Origin: Cyanophora paradoxa CCMP329 | Taxonomy: Eukaryota; Plantae; Glaucophyta | Length of the DNA stretch: 64,000 nt | Assembly: GCA_004431415.1 (NCBI GenBank) | Contig: QPMI01000013.1 | Location: forward strand, 62,001 to 126,000 | Reading direction: 5' to 3' | Shown here: piece by piece, positions 36,114 through 48,934 of the stretch | Layout: each line of letters begins with the position of its first letter | How positions within the stretch are numbered: the first letter of the stretch is position 1 | Translations under genes and position numbers: made by a program | Notes under the pieces: model-generated | Told to the model about the DNA's origin: nothing | The model's input: the letters and a program-made list of their open reading frames with translations, nothing else | The model's database searches: none

Positions 36114-39100
36114 ATGCCGTTCTTCGACGACGAGAGCTTCGAGCCCGCGCCCGAGCCGACAGTCGACCAGCAGCAGCAGGCCCAGCAGAACGTCAGGAGC
36201 GTGGAGGAGTCGCAGCAGCCACAGAGCACGGACGGTGAGACCGTCAAATGCCGCCCCTGCGCCGCTCCGCCGGCCTCGCTGAGCCAGGTCCGCAATCGCA
36301 GCCGCGCCGGCCTCCCAGCCGGACACGGCGGCTCCGTCGAATGAAGGTCCGTCCCGCTTGCCATCCTCGTCTCCTCCGCGCCTCTAACCGCTCCCCGCCG
36401 CAGTCCCCGCCCCGGAGCCCTTCGCCGGTACTAAGAGCCCGACCGCTCCGGTGGGTTCTGGGCCTGATCAGTCGCTCGCCGCGCGCAGGCGAAGGCCCTG
36501 TAGAATTCTTGCCCCCGGCAGAGGAGACCGCGCCGCCGCCGCCGCCGCAGGAATACACGCCGTCCCCGCCGGAGCAGGCGGAGGCTGAGCCCGTGGTGGA
36601 CCCGGAGGCGTCCAACGAGGTCCCGCCGCCGGACCTCTCGGTCCCCGTGGCGCAGGCGCCCACCGAGGCGCCGGTCGCGGCGGCCGAGCCCACCATCATC
36701 GACGAGAGCGCCGGGGCCGCGGATGCGCAGCCGACCGACGAGTTCTTCTACCCGGAGGAGGAGGCGGGCGGCTTTGGCGAGCCGGTCCGCGGCGATTCGG
36801 CGCCCGAGGTCTTCGTGGAAGAGCCGGTCTACGCCGACCCGGTCGAGGGCGACGGCGTCCTGACCGAGGCCGAGATCCAGGCGGCCCTCGACTCATGGGC
36901 CGGCGCCCGCCCCGTCGTCGGCGGCGGCAAGCCGGCCACCATCTCCGAGTTCCGCACCACGGAGCAGACCTGGTCCGAGCCGGCCCCCGAGGCCCGCATC
37001 ATGCCCTCGCCCTTCGTCGGTGCGCCCCGCGCCGTCCGCGGCCCCTGCCCGCGCCGCCCGCTGACTCGGCTGCCTCCGTCCGTAGATGAGAGCTTCCGTG
37101 CGGCCTTCCGGCCCCCGGCCCCGCCCGCCCGCCGCGACCGGCCGGCGCGCTGACCCCGCGCCCCGCGCGATCGCAGGCCCCGTGATCGGCATGCCGAACC
37201 CCTTCACCGGCCACGTGCGCCCCGCGCTCTGCCGCCCCGCCCCGCCCCGCCCCGCCCTCCCGACGCGAGGCTTCGTTCGCAGGCCTCCTTCCACCCCCTC
37301 TCCACCTGCGGCGGCGAGGAGAGCCTCATCGGTAAGCCCCGCCTGCTCCCTGCCTTCCTTCCCCCGCAGCGCGGCCCGCCAGGCCGACTTGCCTTCTTAA
37401 CGTTTCCTGCGCGATGCGCAGCGGCGGGCCTGTCGGACAACGGCTTCGCGGCGGGCGGCGGCTCGATCCGCGTGCAGCCGGGCGCGCGCGTGCGCCTCTG
37501 CAACGACAAGGCGTGCACCAAGCCGGCGGCCACGCTCAAGGCCGGCTGCAACGCGCTCCCCGCTAACGGCGCCAAGTACATCCTCCTCGAGAGTGCGCGC
37601 GCCGGAGCCGGCCCCGCCCCGCCCCGCCCGCCCCGCGCCCCGCGCGGCCGACGCGGCCGCCCGCCGGACCGCAGAAGCCGACGGGACGCCGCTGCTGGAC
37701 AAGGCGTACGACTGGACCACCTCGCAGGATGAGCCCGAGCCGACCCGTGCGCCCCGCCCCGCCCCGCCCCGCCCCGCGCGCTGCGCCGCGCCACGCCACG
37801 CGGCGGGCCGGGCCGAGCGTGCGCGCCTCCTCCGCGCAGCGATCGAGTACTCGGACGACTGGATCTGGGGCGAGGGCGAGGAGTGGATCTACTCGGACGA
37901 CCACGACCACACGCACCCGCGCCCCGTGCGCCTTTCGCACCGCACGCCCCGCCCCCTTCGCACGTACTGACGCGGCGGACGCTGGACACTGTGCAGGGCC
38001 CGGTGCACGGCACGAAGCCGAACAAGTACTTCGACGACGGGAAGAACGGCCCGCTCTCGGACGACACCCCCGCCGTGCGCCCCCGCCCCGCCCCCCCGCC
38101 CCCGCTCCATTCTGATCCGATCCGATCCGATTTGCTGGTACGCAGTTCGCGTACCAGGGCGCCGGCTGCACGGGCCGCTCGGCGCAGCTCGCGGTAGAGG
38201 ACCGCCCCACGAACATCGTCAAGGTCCGCCCCCGCCCGCCCGCCCGCCCCCGCCCATGGCTGGCCCCTTGGCCTTGGCTTGGCCTGACGAGCTTCTTGAA
38301 GGTGCGGGACGGCATCAAGTCGGTGAACGTGCCCAAGGACGCGCGCCTGCGCCTCTGCGAGGACGAGGCCTGCACGAAGCCCGTCAAGACGCTCTTCAGC
38401 GGCTGCCAGAAGAACGTCGACGCCAAGGGCGCCAAGTGGGCCATCCTCGACAGTGCGCCCGCGCGCGCGCGCGCAGATTTGATCCAGAGCGAAGCGTCTC
38501 AGAAGATCTGATCCGTTTCGTCTCGCCCCGCCCCGCAGAGACGGCGGCCGTCTACGAGCAGCCGGACTTCAAGGGGACCCCCAAGTACCTCCCGAAGGGC
38601 GTGCACAAGATCAACCCGTGCACGGACAAGATCGGCTCGATCAGCGTGCCGGACGGCCTGAAGGTGGCCGTGGGCAAGTGCAGCACGAGCGCCTTCCTCT
38701 TCAAGACGGGCGGGCACGGGAACATGCCGGGGCAGCTCCAGGACAACAGCGTCTGCGTGACGGTCTCGGACGCGCCGCACATCAGGCTCCCGACGCTCTT
38801 CACGGGCCCCGACTTCACGGAGGACAGCCAGCAGTACCGCGAGGGGCGGACCCCGCTCCAGAAGCCCATGCTGCAGGACGGCTCCTCCGTCTCCGTGCCC
38901 AAGGGCTACCGGGCCACGCTCTTCAAGAACGTGCGCCGCTCTCTCTTCGTTATTCTTCTTCTCCGTCTTCGTCTGCTTAGCTCGCGTCGCTGGCAGGCGG
39001 ACTGCTCGGGCCAGGAGGAGATCTTCAACCGGGGCGGGCACCCCGAGATGAGCGCCGCCATGGACGACAAGTCCAAGTGCATCCTCGTCGAGCGTGCGCA

Positions 39101-39962
39101 CGTAGCCCCCCAACGCGCCCGTACCCCCCTAAACCGCCCGTTCGCTCGCGCAGGCGTCGTGACGCTGAAGGGGCTGGACGGCATGCTGACGGACTACCCC
39201 GTGGGCCAGTGGGAGCTCGGCTCGGCCTGCCAGGCCCTCGAGTACCGGTCCATCTTCGTCCCCAAGGGCCTCCACGTGCGCCGTACCCCCGTTCCTCCCC
39301 GCCCCCTTGCTGCTAGACTCACCGGAGCGCAGGCGACGATCGGGCCGTGCAAGGCGGCGTCTGCCAAGTCGTTCACGCCCGGCGACTACGACTTCAAGAC
39401 GGGCGCGGGCTTCTCCGGCTCGAGCTTCTGCATCAACGTCGAGCCCGAGCACTACTGGGGCGGCTACGACCACGACCATGACCACGACCACCACCACGGC
39501 CTCTACGACTTCTACGGCGACGGCGCCTGGACCTCCATCGGCTCCTCCGCGCCGACCACCACCGCCCCGCGCGTCGCCCCGGTCGCCCCGGCCCCGGCGC
39601 CCGTGCGCGTCGCCGATCCGATCACCTTCGAGACCGGCTCCCACGAGGCGGTCGAGGTCGACCCTTCCGTCTTCGAATCGCTCCTCGCCTCCGTCCCGCG
39701 CTCCTCCGGCCCCGTGCGCCCCGCCCCGCCGGCCCCTGCTCGCCCCCCTCTCATCTTCTTCTCTGGGCAGGCTGCTCGTCTGGACGAGGAGACGTGCGCT
39801 CTGCCGGCGCCGGGGGCGGAGGAGGGCGCCGGGCCGCTCTCGTGCGCGGCGGACAGCGCCTACGTCGAGGTCGACGCCGACCACGAGTTCGAGGGCGCCG
39901 AGGCCGCCGCCGACGCCCACGCGCTCGCCGCCGCCGCCGACGAGTGCACCGCCTTCGCGTGA
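36114..39962 (+). CDS. Acidic Pro-rich protein with about five beta/gamma-crystallin (Protein S-like) domains and His-Asp tracts
   Basis: Greek-key motifs VYEQPDFKG...IGSISVPDGLKV, LFTGPDFTE...SSVSVPKGYRATLFKNADCSG, IKSVNVPKDARLRLC, GSIRVQPGARVRLC, RSIFVPKGLH; also DHDHTH and DHDHDHDHHH tracts. Confidence 0.75.
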
Positions 39963-40430
39963 GGCGTGAGCGCGCGGGCGAGCGCCCTCTGCTCGCCAAG
40001 CTCGCTCGCTGTTGTAAGTAGCCCCGTGCAGGACTCCCGTAGCCCCTCCTTCCCCGTATCGATTAATTGTGGTTAGCTCTTTTAACGCAATCAAAGCAAC
40101 TACGCGCTTGTTAGACACGTCGCGCCCCATGGCCATCGTTACTCGCCGAAGCGGAGCGGTTCACGTACGCGAGCAGATTCTGTGATTGCACAGCGCCTAC
40201 GCGCCAAAAAGTCGCTGCAGCTACCGAAGGGAGGCCCCCGCCGCAACAAGGGGGCAGGGAGGACCTGGGGACCGCCCACGAACGCACTCTGCAAAAACGA
40301 CACCGCAGGGGCGGGGAGGAGACGGGGCGGGGCTGAGAGGGCGAGAGAAGGAAAGACGGGACGGGAGAAAAGCGGAGCGGGAGCGATCTGTGCAGGAGGG
40401 AGACGACAGGCCGCGGGCGGCCGCCGCGGG

Positions 40431-43049
40431 CTAGGACTGGCTGGCGATGGGGGCGAGGTTCCCGGTGCGGGCCTTGATGTACTTTTGGGAGTACGGGCTC
40501 ACGTACTTCCGCCCGCCCCGCCCCGCCCCGTCGTCCTGCCCGCACGTAAGCTCGGCGCGGCGCGGCGCGTTCAGGGCGGGGCGGGGCGGGGCGGACCCCG
40601 TCGTCGTCGAGCTGGGGGATGCTCTGCGTGCTCTGCTTCTTGGCGATGGAGGAGGGGACGCCGGAGACGGCCGGCATGCCGGGCTTCTTGGCGTAGGGCC
40701 CCCCGATGTAGACCGAGCCGCCCACGTTGCCCACCACGCCCAGCGAGCCGGGGCCCACGCCCACGCCGCCCAGCGAGGGGCCCGCGCCCTGCTGCACGCC
40801 CGAGGCGCCCTTGGCCCCGCCGCCCACGCGCGCAGCCGCGTTCTTCCCTTCTGCCTTGAGCAGGCCGCTGAGGAGAGCGTTGCCGCCGGCGCCGCCGCCG
40901 GCCTGCGCGATGCCCTTGCCGCCGCCGATGGAGGGGAGGGAGAGGCCGCCGGTCTTGTCGTGGCCCTTGCCCGGGGCGAGGGTGAGGCTCTGCGAGACGG
41001 CGGCGCCGCCCCCGATGTGCGGCAGCATCATGCTCCCAGAGCTCTGCGGGGCACCCGCGCCTCCCGTGAGCGGGGCGGGGAGGGGGCGGGCGGGGCGGAG
41101 CGAGGCAGCTGCTTTGCTCCTGCTGCGCGCCAGCCGCACCTCCTCGATTTGGGAGCTGGAGAGGCTCGGGTCGTCCCCGTGGCCGGCGCCGCCCCGCTGC
41201 TCGTCCTTGCCGCCCTGGCCCTCGGTTTCCGACCCCGTGTCCATGGGGTCGTTCACCACGGCAGCCTCCCCCTTCTTCAGGTGCGGCAGCTGCCCGCCCG
41301 CCCCGCCCCGTCAGACGCCGTCCCGCCCCGCCCGACCACGGCCGAAGGGGCGCGCGCGCACCGCCTTCTCGCCGTCGTTGCCGGCGGCGGCCTTCTCCTT
41401 CGACGGCTTCTTCGCCGGGGGCGGCGGCTCCTTCTCCTTGTCCGCCTTGTCGGGCGGCGCCGGGGCGAGCCCCGCCGAGGGCCCGTCCCCCGCCGAGGTC
41501 GCCGGCGGCGAGCCGACGGCCATGCTGTGCGCCCGCTTGTCCGCTTCCCGCAGCTCCCGGAAGTACGGGTGCCGTATCGCCTGCCTCGCCGAGAGCCTGC
41601 GGAAGCACGCGGTCGGACTCGTGCGGGTGGGGCGGGGCGGCTGGACTCGGGCGGGGCGGCCCTCCCTCCCCCGCTCACCGGTCGTCCGGGTTGTAGGCGA
41701 GGAGCTTCTGGAGGAGCTCGACGCACTCGGGCGAGGCGTGCGGGATCAGCTTCGCGATGCCCGTCCCCTCCTTGAACGGGAAGTTGAAGTCCATGTGCGA
41801 GCTCTGCCGCTTGAACTTGGCGAGCAGCTCCGGCGGCGGCGTCCCCAGGATGTTGTGGATCTTCTGGATCTGGTCCAGCTCGTTCGTACCGGGGAAGAGA
41901 GGAAAGAGCGAAACGATCTCAAAGAAAACTGCGGGCGGGGGTGAGGCGCGGCCGGGCGGGCGGCCGGGCGGGCCCGGGCGGCGGCGGCGGCGGCAGGCCG
42001 GGCTGGCACACCGCATCCGACGCCCCACATGTCCATCTTGTAGTTGTAGTACCCGTCGGTGAGAAGGCACTCGGGCGCTCGGTACCATCGCGTCGATATG
42101 TACTCTGTGTACGGCTGCTTCGAGTAGATGCCTCGGCAGGACCCGAAGTCCGCCAGCTTCACCGTGTCGTCTACCAGCAGCACGTTCTCCGGCTGCGGGG
42201 CGGGGCGCGAGGGTCAGGGCCCGCCAAAGAAGGAAACGAGGAAAGAGGGGGAGGGAGGGCGGAGGGCGTGCAAAGGCGGGGGCCGGGCCAGAACAAGAGA
42301 GGAGCTCACTTTTATATCTCTGTGAAAGATTCCGTTCCTGTGCATGTGGTCCATCGCCTTGATTAGCTGATACATAAAGTGCTTCACCCTGCGCGGGATG
42401 CCACGTCAGCCAAGGGGCGGCGCCCGGCACGGTTAGGTCCGGCTGCATTCCAGCGGAGGTCCGCATCAAAGGCCCGGGCTGCGCACCGCTGCTCCGAGAG
42501 GTATGTTCTCCTTCCCCGGATCAGCTCGTACATGTTCATGTCCATAAGCTCAAAAACCAGCGCGAGGCGACCCGTGGGCTGATCACTGCGGGGACAGCGC
42601 ATCAGTGCAAGCACGTGGCATTCCAGCCGCGTGGGCGGCAGCGCTGCGGATCGGCGCTATGTCGACAGGTCGTGGCTAATGTCGAAAGCTGCCCCAGCGT
42701 TCCGCAGTACGGGCGCTTGGGTGGGCGGGCAAGGCTTTTGCAGTGAGGGCAGCACACAGACGCACTATAAGACCTCCACCAGCTTGATGATGTTTGGGTG
42801 CGGCGAGAGCCTCCTCAGCGCCTGGATCTCGCGGAGGTTGTTGACCTGCTCTATGCTTTCGAAGTGGTTCTTCATGCACTTGATTGCTACATATTTGCCG
42901 TTCTTGATGCACTGGGCCTTGAGCACTTCAGAGAACGTGCCCTCGCCCTTCTTACAGATAAGCCGGTACTCTGGACGCCACAGCACATAAGCCAGTGCTC
43001 ACGCACAGAGCCCGCACAAGGCGGGGCATGGGGCGGGCGCACTGTGCAT
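40431..43049 (-). CDS. MOK: MAPK/MAK/MRK-overlapping kinase (MOK/RAGE, LF4-like)
   Basis: YRLICKKGEGTFSEVLKAQ, QVNNLREIQALRRLSPHPNI, KLADFGSCRGIYSKQPYTEYISTRWYRAPECLLTDGYY; C-terminal KYVSPYSQKY. Confidence 0.95.
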
Positions 43050-43224
43050 CTCTGTAGGGCCGACCTCTGTCCCCGGCCCGCGGAGCTGCGGCTAAAGCTG
43101 GTAGCGTCTTCGTGTCAGCGCAGGCTTCTCGGTGATCTGCCTACTCGGTCGCGCGGCTGCCAAGGGACGACGGGGCTATGTTTGTTTAGGAACTTTTTTT
43201 CTGCGGCACTGTACCCGGGAAGCG

Positions 43225-44975
43225 ATGGAGCGGTCCGTGTGGCCCCGCCCGCCCGCTGCGCCCGCGGGCGCCTAACGCGCCGTTGCATTCCAGAACATCC
43301 GAGTTCATCGCCATCGCGGAGTCGCTGCAGTCGCGCTCCGGCGCGGCCAGCCACCCGAAGCCCGCGCCGAAGCTGCACAAGTCGCAGTTCACTGAGATAG
43401 CTTCGCAAATATCGAAGGACATTCAGATGACCACGATGAAACTGCAGAAGCTAACGAAATGTGCGTGCCAACGGTTTGCGTGCGGCCACCGCGCAGCTAG
43501 CCTCCCCGCGCGTCCCCCGGCCACCCTCTACTGGTTTCTGACGCGTCCGCGCGCCGCCTTGCTCCGCGCAGTGGCTCAGAAGAAGTCGCTCTTCGACGAC
43601 CCCGCCCAGGAGATCCACGAGCTTACCTTCAGCATCAAGCAGGACATCACAGGTCTCAACAACCAAATCGCCAAGCTCCAGCAGCACATCCACGACCGGC
43701 ACGCGAACCTTCCCAACAAGCAGAGCGAGGCGCATTCGCAAACCATCCTGGACTCCCTCAAGGCCAACCTGAACGCGACAACGAAGGATTTCAAGGACGT
43801 CGTGCAGTTGAGAACAGAGGTGCGGCGGTTCAGGCAGCCCGTCTCCAGTCGCCTCACACACGCCGCAGAACCTGAAGCAACAACAGCTGCGAAAGCAGCA
43901 GTTCACCTTTAACTCTCCTATGCCAAAAGGAAGTAAGCACGTTTCTGGCCCGCTTGCTTCCTCGCGCGGCTCATGCGGTGGCCGTTCAGACGAGCCGACT
44001 GTGCGGAAAGCTGGCGGTGGGTTGCAACCCGCTCTGCAGTCGGGGCTGTCGACAGCGGCGCCGTTGCTCGACAGGTTTGTGCAGTCTGTTTCGCATGGGA
44101 GACAGTTAGCTCTTAGCTTAAGGGCGGAGACGTGGCGCCGGCCGGGCCTCCGCTCGGTTTGCGCTCACGCATTCCCGGGGGCGGGCGCAGTGAGGGGCTC
44201 GCGCCGCTTGCGGGGCCATCCAGTCTAGGAGGGGAGGAGCGGGCAGGGGGGTTGGCAGATATGCCCCGCCCGGGCCTCCGATTCCGGAACGCGCGCGGGG
44301 CACCCGCCGGGTGACCCCCGCCTAGTGGCCCGGTGCTGCGCTCTCGCGCTCACTCCTCCCCGCTCCCCGCGCGCAGTTTTTCGAGTCCCAGCGGCCGCAA
44401 TGATCTGGTGCTGGACTTCGGCGGGCAGGGCGGCAGCGGCGGCGCGGGGCCCAGCGGCTTCGGCGGGGCGCTGGCATCCCAGCAGCTTCAGGTGCGCATC
44501 GGCGCCCCTTCAGCAGATTGTCGTTTAGAAAGGTCCCGACTGACGCCGGGTTCGGGGGCGGGCGCGCAGAGCAAGTACTACGACTCGCGGGCGTCTGCAG
44601 TGGAGAGCGTGGAGAGCACAATCGTGGAGCTGAGCACCATCTTCCAGCAGCTCGCCACGATGGTCTCCGAGCAGGGCGAGCTCGTCGAGCGGTGCGGTAC
44701 CCCCCTCCCCTTGGGGACGTCCGGGCGAGCTCGTCGCTGATTGTGTACCCCCGGCAGGATCGACTCGAACGTGGACGACCTGGCGAACAACGTGGAGCAG
44801 GGCCAGAACCAGCTCGCCAAGTACCTGAAGAACATCTCCTCCAACCGCTGGCTCATCCTCAAGGTCCGTACCCCTCCCTCGCGCTCCCCCCGCCCCGGCT
44901 CACCCGCTTCCGTCCCCCTAGGTCTTCTTCGTCCTCCTCATCTTCATCTGCGTCTTCGTCATCTTCGTCGCATAG
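43225..44975 (+). CDS. STX5: Syntaxin-5 (Sed5/SYP3-type Qa SNARE)
   Basis: MERTSEF N-peptide, LAQKKSLFDDP-type motif, ESVESTIVELSTIFQQLATMVSEQGE.V.RID.NV, SSNRWLILKVF plus C-terminal TM helix. Confidence 0.96.
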
Positions 44976-45209
44976 CCCCGCGCCTTTCCGCAGCTTTCCC
45001 TCCCGCTGGCTTTCTCTTCTCTTCGTCTTCGCCCGGCCCCCGCATCCCCCTCGACCCCCCTAGTGTCCCCCTCCCCTCCGCCGCCGCCCTTCCCTGGCGG
45101 CGGCCTGTAGTACAAATACATACATGCATGCGCATCTTCGCCCCCCGCCGCCCGCCCGCCCAGCTTCTCCCGGGCTCGGCTCTGCTTCTTCCTTGTTCCG
45201 TCCTTGGCT

Positions 45210-46576
<1,367 letters not shown>

Positions 46577-46679
46577 TCTCTCTTTGCTGCACCAACGCCG
46601 CGCGCCGCCAGATCGCGAGTTCTCGAACCAAGATCGACGGGCCGGGATACAGCAGTCGACCGAGTTCAAGCTCCCAGCG

Positions 46680-48501
46680 ATGGCGTTCGTCAATGCGATC
46701 CCGGCCACCAGCACGCGTGCGTCAGCAGCGTCTTCTGTGACCGCTGCGGCCTGCGTCGCGGCGCCGGCCGGCGCTCGCCGATCGGCCTCGCGGGCGGCGG
46801 CGTCCGCCTCGCCCGTCTCGCTCAAGAAGGTCTTCCTCGGCGCGTCCGTCGCGGCTGCGCCCGTGCTGGCTGCCTCCGTCACGCCCTGCTGGGTGCCCGA
46901 GATCCGCGCCGCTGCGACTGCCAGCTTTGACGTCGTCAGCGAGGTGCGGCCGCGTGCGAGCTTCCGATCTGTCGTGCCTGCTGTCTGCTAACGCTGAGCT
47001 CTTCAGATTGACGTTCAGGCCCTGGTGCGCTCATGCCAGCGTCGGCCTCGCGCTTGCCTGTCCCTGGCGCTGCGCTGCTGTGCTGACGCCGCCTGCAGCG
47101 CGACGCGCTCGACCAAAGCAACGTGCGCTGCCCGTGTCGCGCGCCCCCTCCAGCCTGCGCTCACTCGGGCCGCAGCGCGAGATCAAGGGCAGGCGAGTGC
47201 TGGTCGAGCTGACGGCTCCGCGGCCGGCCGTGCTCGCTCGCTCGCGGCCTCTGAGCGAGCGCAGGTTCGATCTGAAGGACACGAAGACCAGCGTGGAGCT
47301 GAAGGTGCCCCCGCCCTCCTCCCTCCTTCCTCTCCATCGGACTCGAATTCGAATTCGAACGGCGCAGGAGGACAAGGAGATCGTGATCGAGACGGCCTCG
47401 CAGCTGACGCTCGACTCCGTCGTTGATCTCCTCAAGACCAAGGCCCGCCCGCCCGCCCGCAGAGCGCCCCGCTGAGCACCGCGCGGCGCCGCGTGGCGCG
47501 TCCGTCTAAGGCGCCCCCGGCGCACGATAGGAAGCCCGGCCGACTCCCCTTAGCGCCAGCGAGCAGGCGCCAGCCCTATCCCCACCGTCTAGAGCGTTTG
47601 TGTTCCCCCGCGTCGCCCTCTCCAAGAGCCCCCGACGCCCCGGCGGGGCCTGGTCCCCAGCGGCAAGCGCTGGGCCTAAGCGCGGGGCGGCGCGCGCAGG
47701 CGAGCAAGCGCGGGCTTTCCCTCAAGATCTTCGAGCCCCTCGACGTCGAGAAGGTCGTACCCCTTCCCCAGCATCTCCCCCCCCTGCGCCTCGGCCCCTC
47801 TTACCTCTTACCTCGGGCCAGGCGGGCGGCGAGCGCGTGCGGCAGAAGATCAAGCTCGTCCAGGGCATCGACAAGGTCCGCGTCGCACAGCTCCATCCCC
47901 AGCTAGCCAGGCCTTAGGGCGCCTGGCCTGGGCGTCGAATTCGGAGGGCTTCACCGGCATGGGCCCGGGGGGCTGACTCCTCCCCCCCCCCCCCCCCCCC
48001 TCCCCGCTCCCGCCCCCCTCCCCTTCAAAAGGCTTCATTGGCCCGCCTGCCTTAAGGACCCGTGCGCTGCGCGGCTGATCATCAGATCCTCCTGCCTAGG
48101 ATCCCTAGCTGACGGGGACTGACGCCCCCTCCCCCCCCCCCCCCCCACACCCCGCCCCCCACCCCGCCCCCCCTCCCCCGGCAGGAGAACGCGAAGAAGA
48201 TCACGGCGCTGATCCGCGAGGAGTTCAAGAAGGGCGTCACCTCCTCCATCCAGGTGGCCGGGGCCTATTCCCTGTCCTCCCGTGCTCTTCTTTCTCTTCT
48301 GAGCTTCGTCGTCCGTCCGTCCGTCCAGGGCGAGAGCGTCCGCGTCTCCTCCAAGAGCAAGGACGACCTCCAGGTCCGCCCGCCCCGTACCCCTCTCCCC
48401 GCCCTCCCCCCTCCCCCGCCCTGAGCCCTGGGCAGGCGGTGATGGGGCGGCTGAAGACGCTGGACCTGCCCGTCGCCCTCCAGTTCAACAACTTCCGCTG
48501 A
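46680..48501 (+). CDS. yajQ: Plastid-targeted cyanobacterial-type YajQ-family nucleotide-binding protein
   Basis: About 80-aa MAFV... Ala/Ser/Arg-rich presequence, then SFDVVSE IDVQAL RDALDQSN REIKGRFDLKDTKT...KASKRGLSLKIF...VRQKIKLVQGI...AKKITALIREEFKK...IQGESVRVSSKSKDDLQAVM...PVALQFNNFR*, across 10 introns. Confidence 0.93.
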
Positions 48502-48875
48502 GGGCGCGCCCCCGGCCCACGCCCACGCGGGGCCAATCTCCGTGTTTCATTCAAACTATCACCACGTCACCCCACACCGGCGCGCGCTTTCAGCCGCCGG
48601 GCCGCGGCCGTGCCGCGCCCGGGGGCGCGGCGGCCGAGGGCCTAGGTCGGGGCCTGGGCCCGCGCGGCCCGTGCTGGCACGGGACACCACTGGGCCGGTG
48701 GGCAGATTGAAGTTCCCCTTGATCATCATGCATCGAATCATGAAACTTGAAATCATGACCGGTGTTCATATCCCGTGGAGGTCGCCGCGCCCGGCCCCCG
48801 CCACTCGTCTCCGGCCGGGCGGCCCCGCCCCCGACTACACAAACGTACACTTCAGCCACACTGAGTCATGATCAG

Positions 48876-48920
48876 TTGCAGCCACAACCAACTGCAGCCA
48901 CAACCGACTGCAGCCACAGC
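48876..48920. repeat. Short tandem repeat, about 17-bp unit (CTGCAGCCACAACC..) in three copies
   Basis: ttgcagccacaaccaactgcagccacaaccgactgcagccacagc lies between the convergent 3' ends of yajQ and the first F-box gene. Confidence 0.75.
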
Positions 48921-48934
48921 GTTGACTGAGTCAG

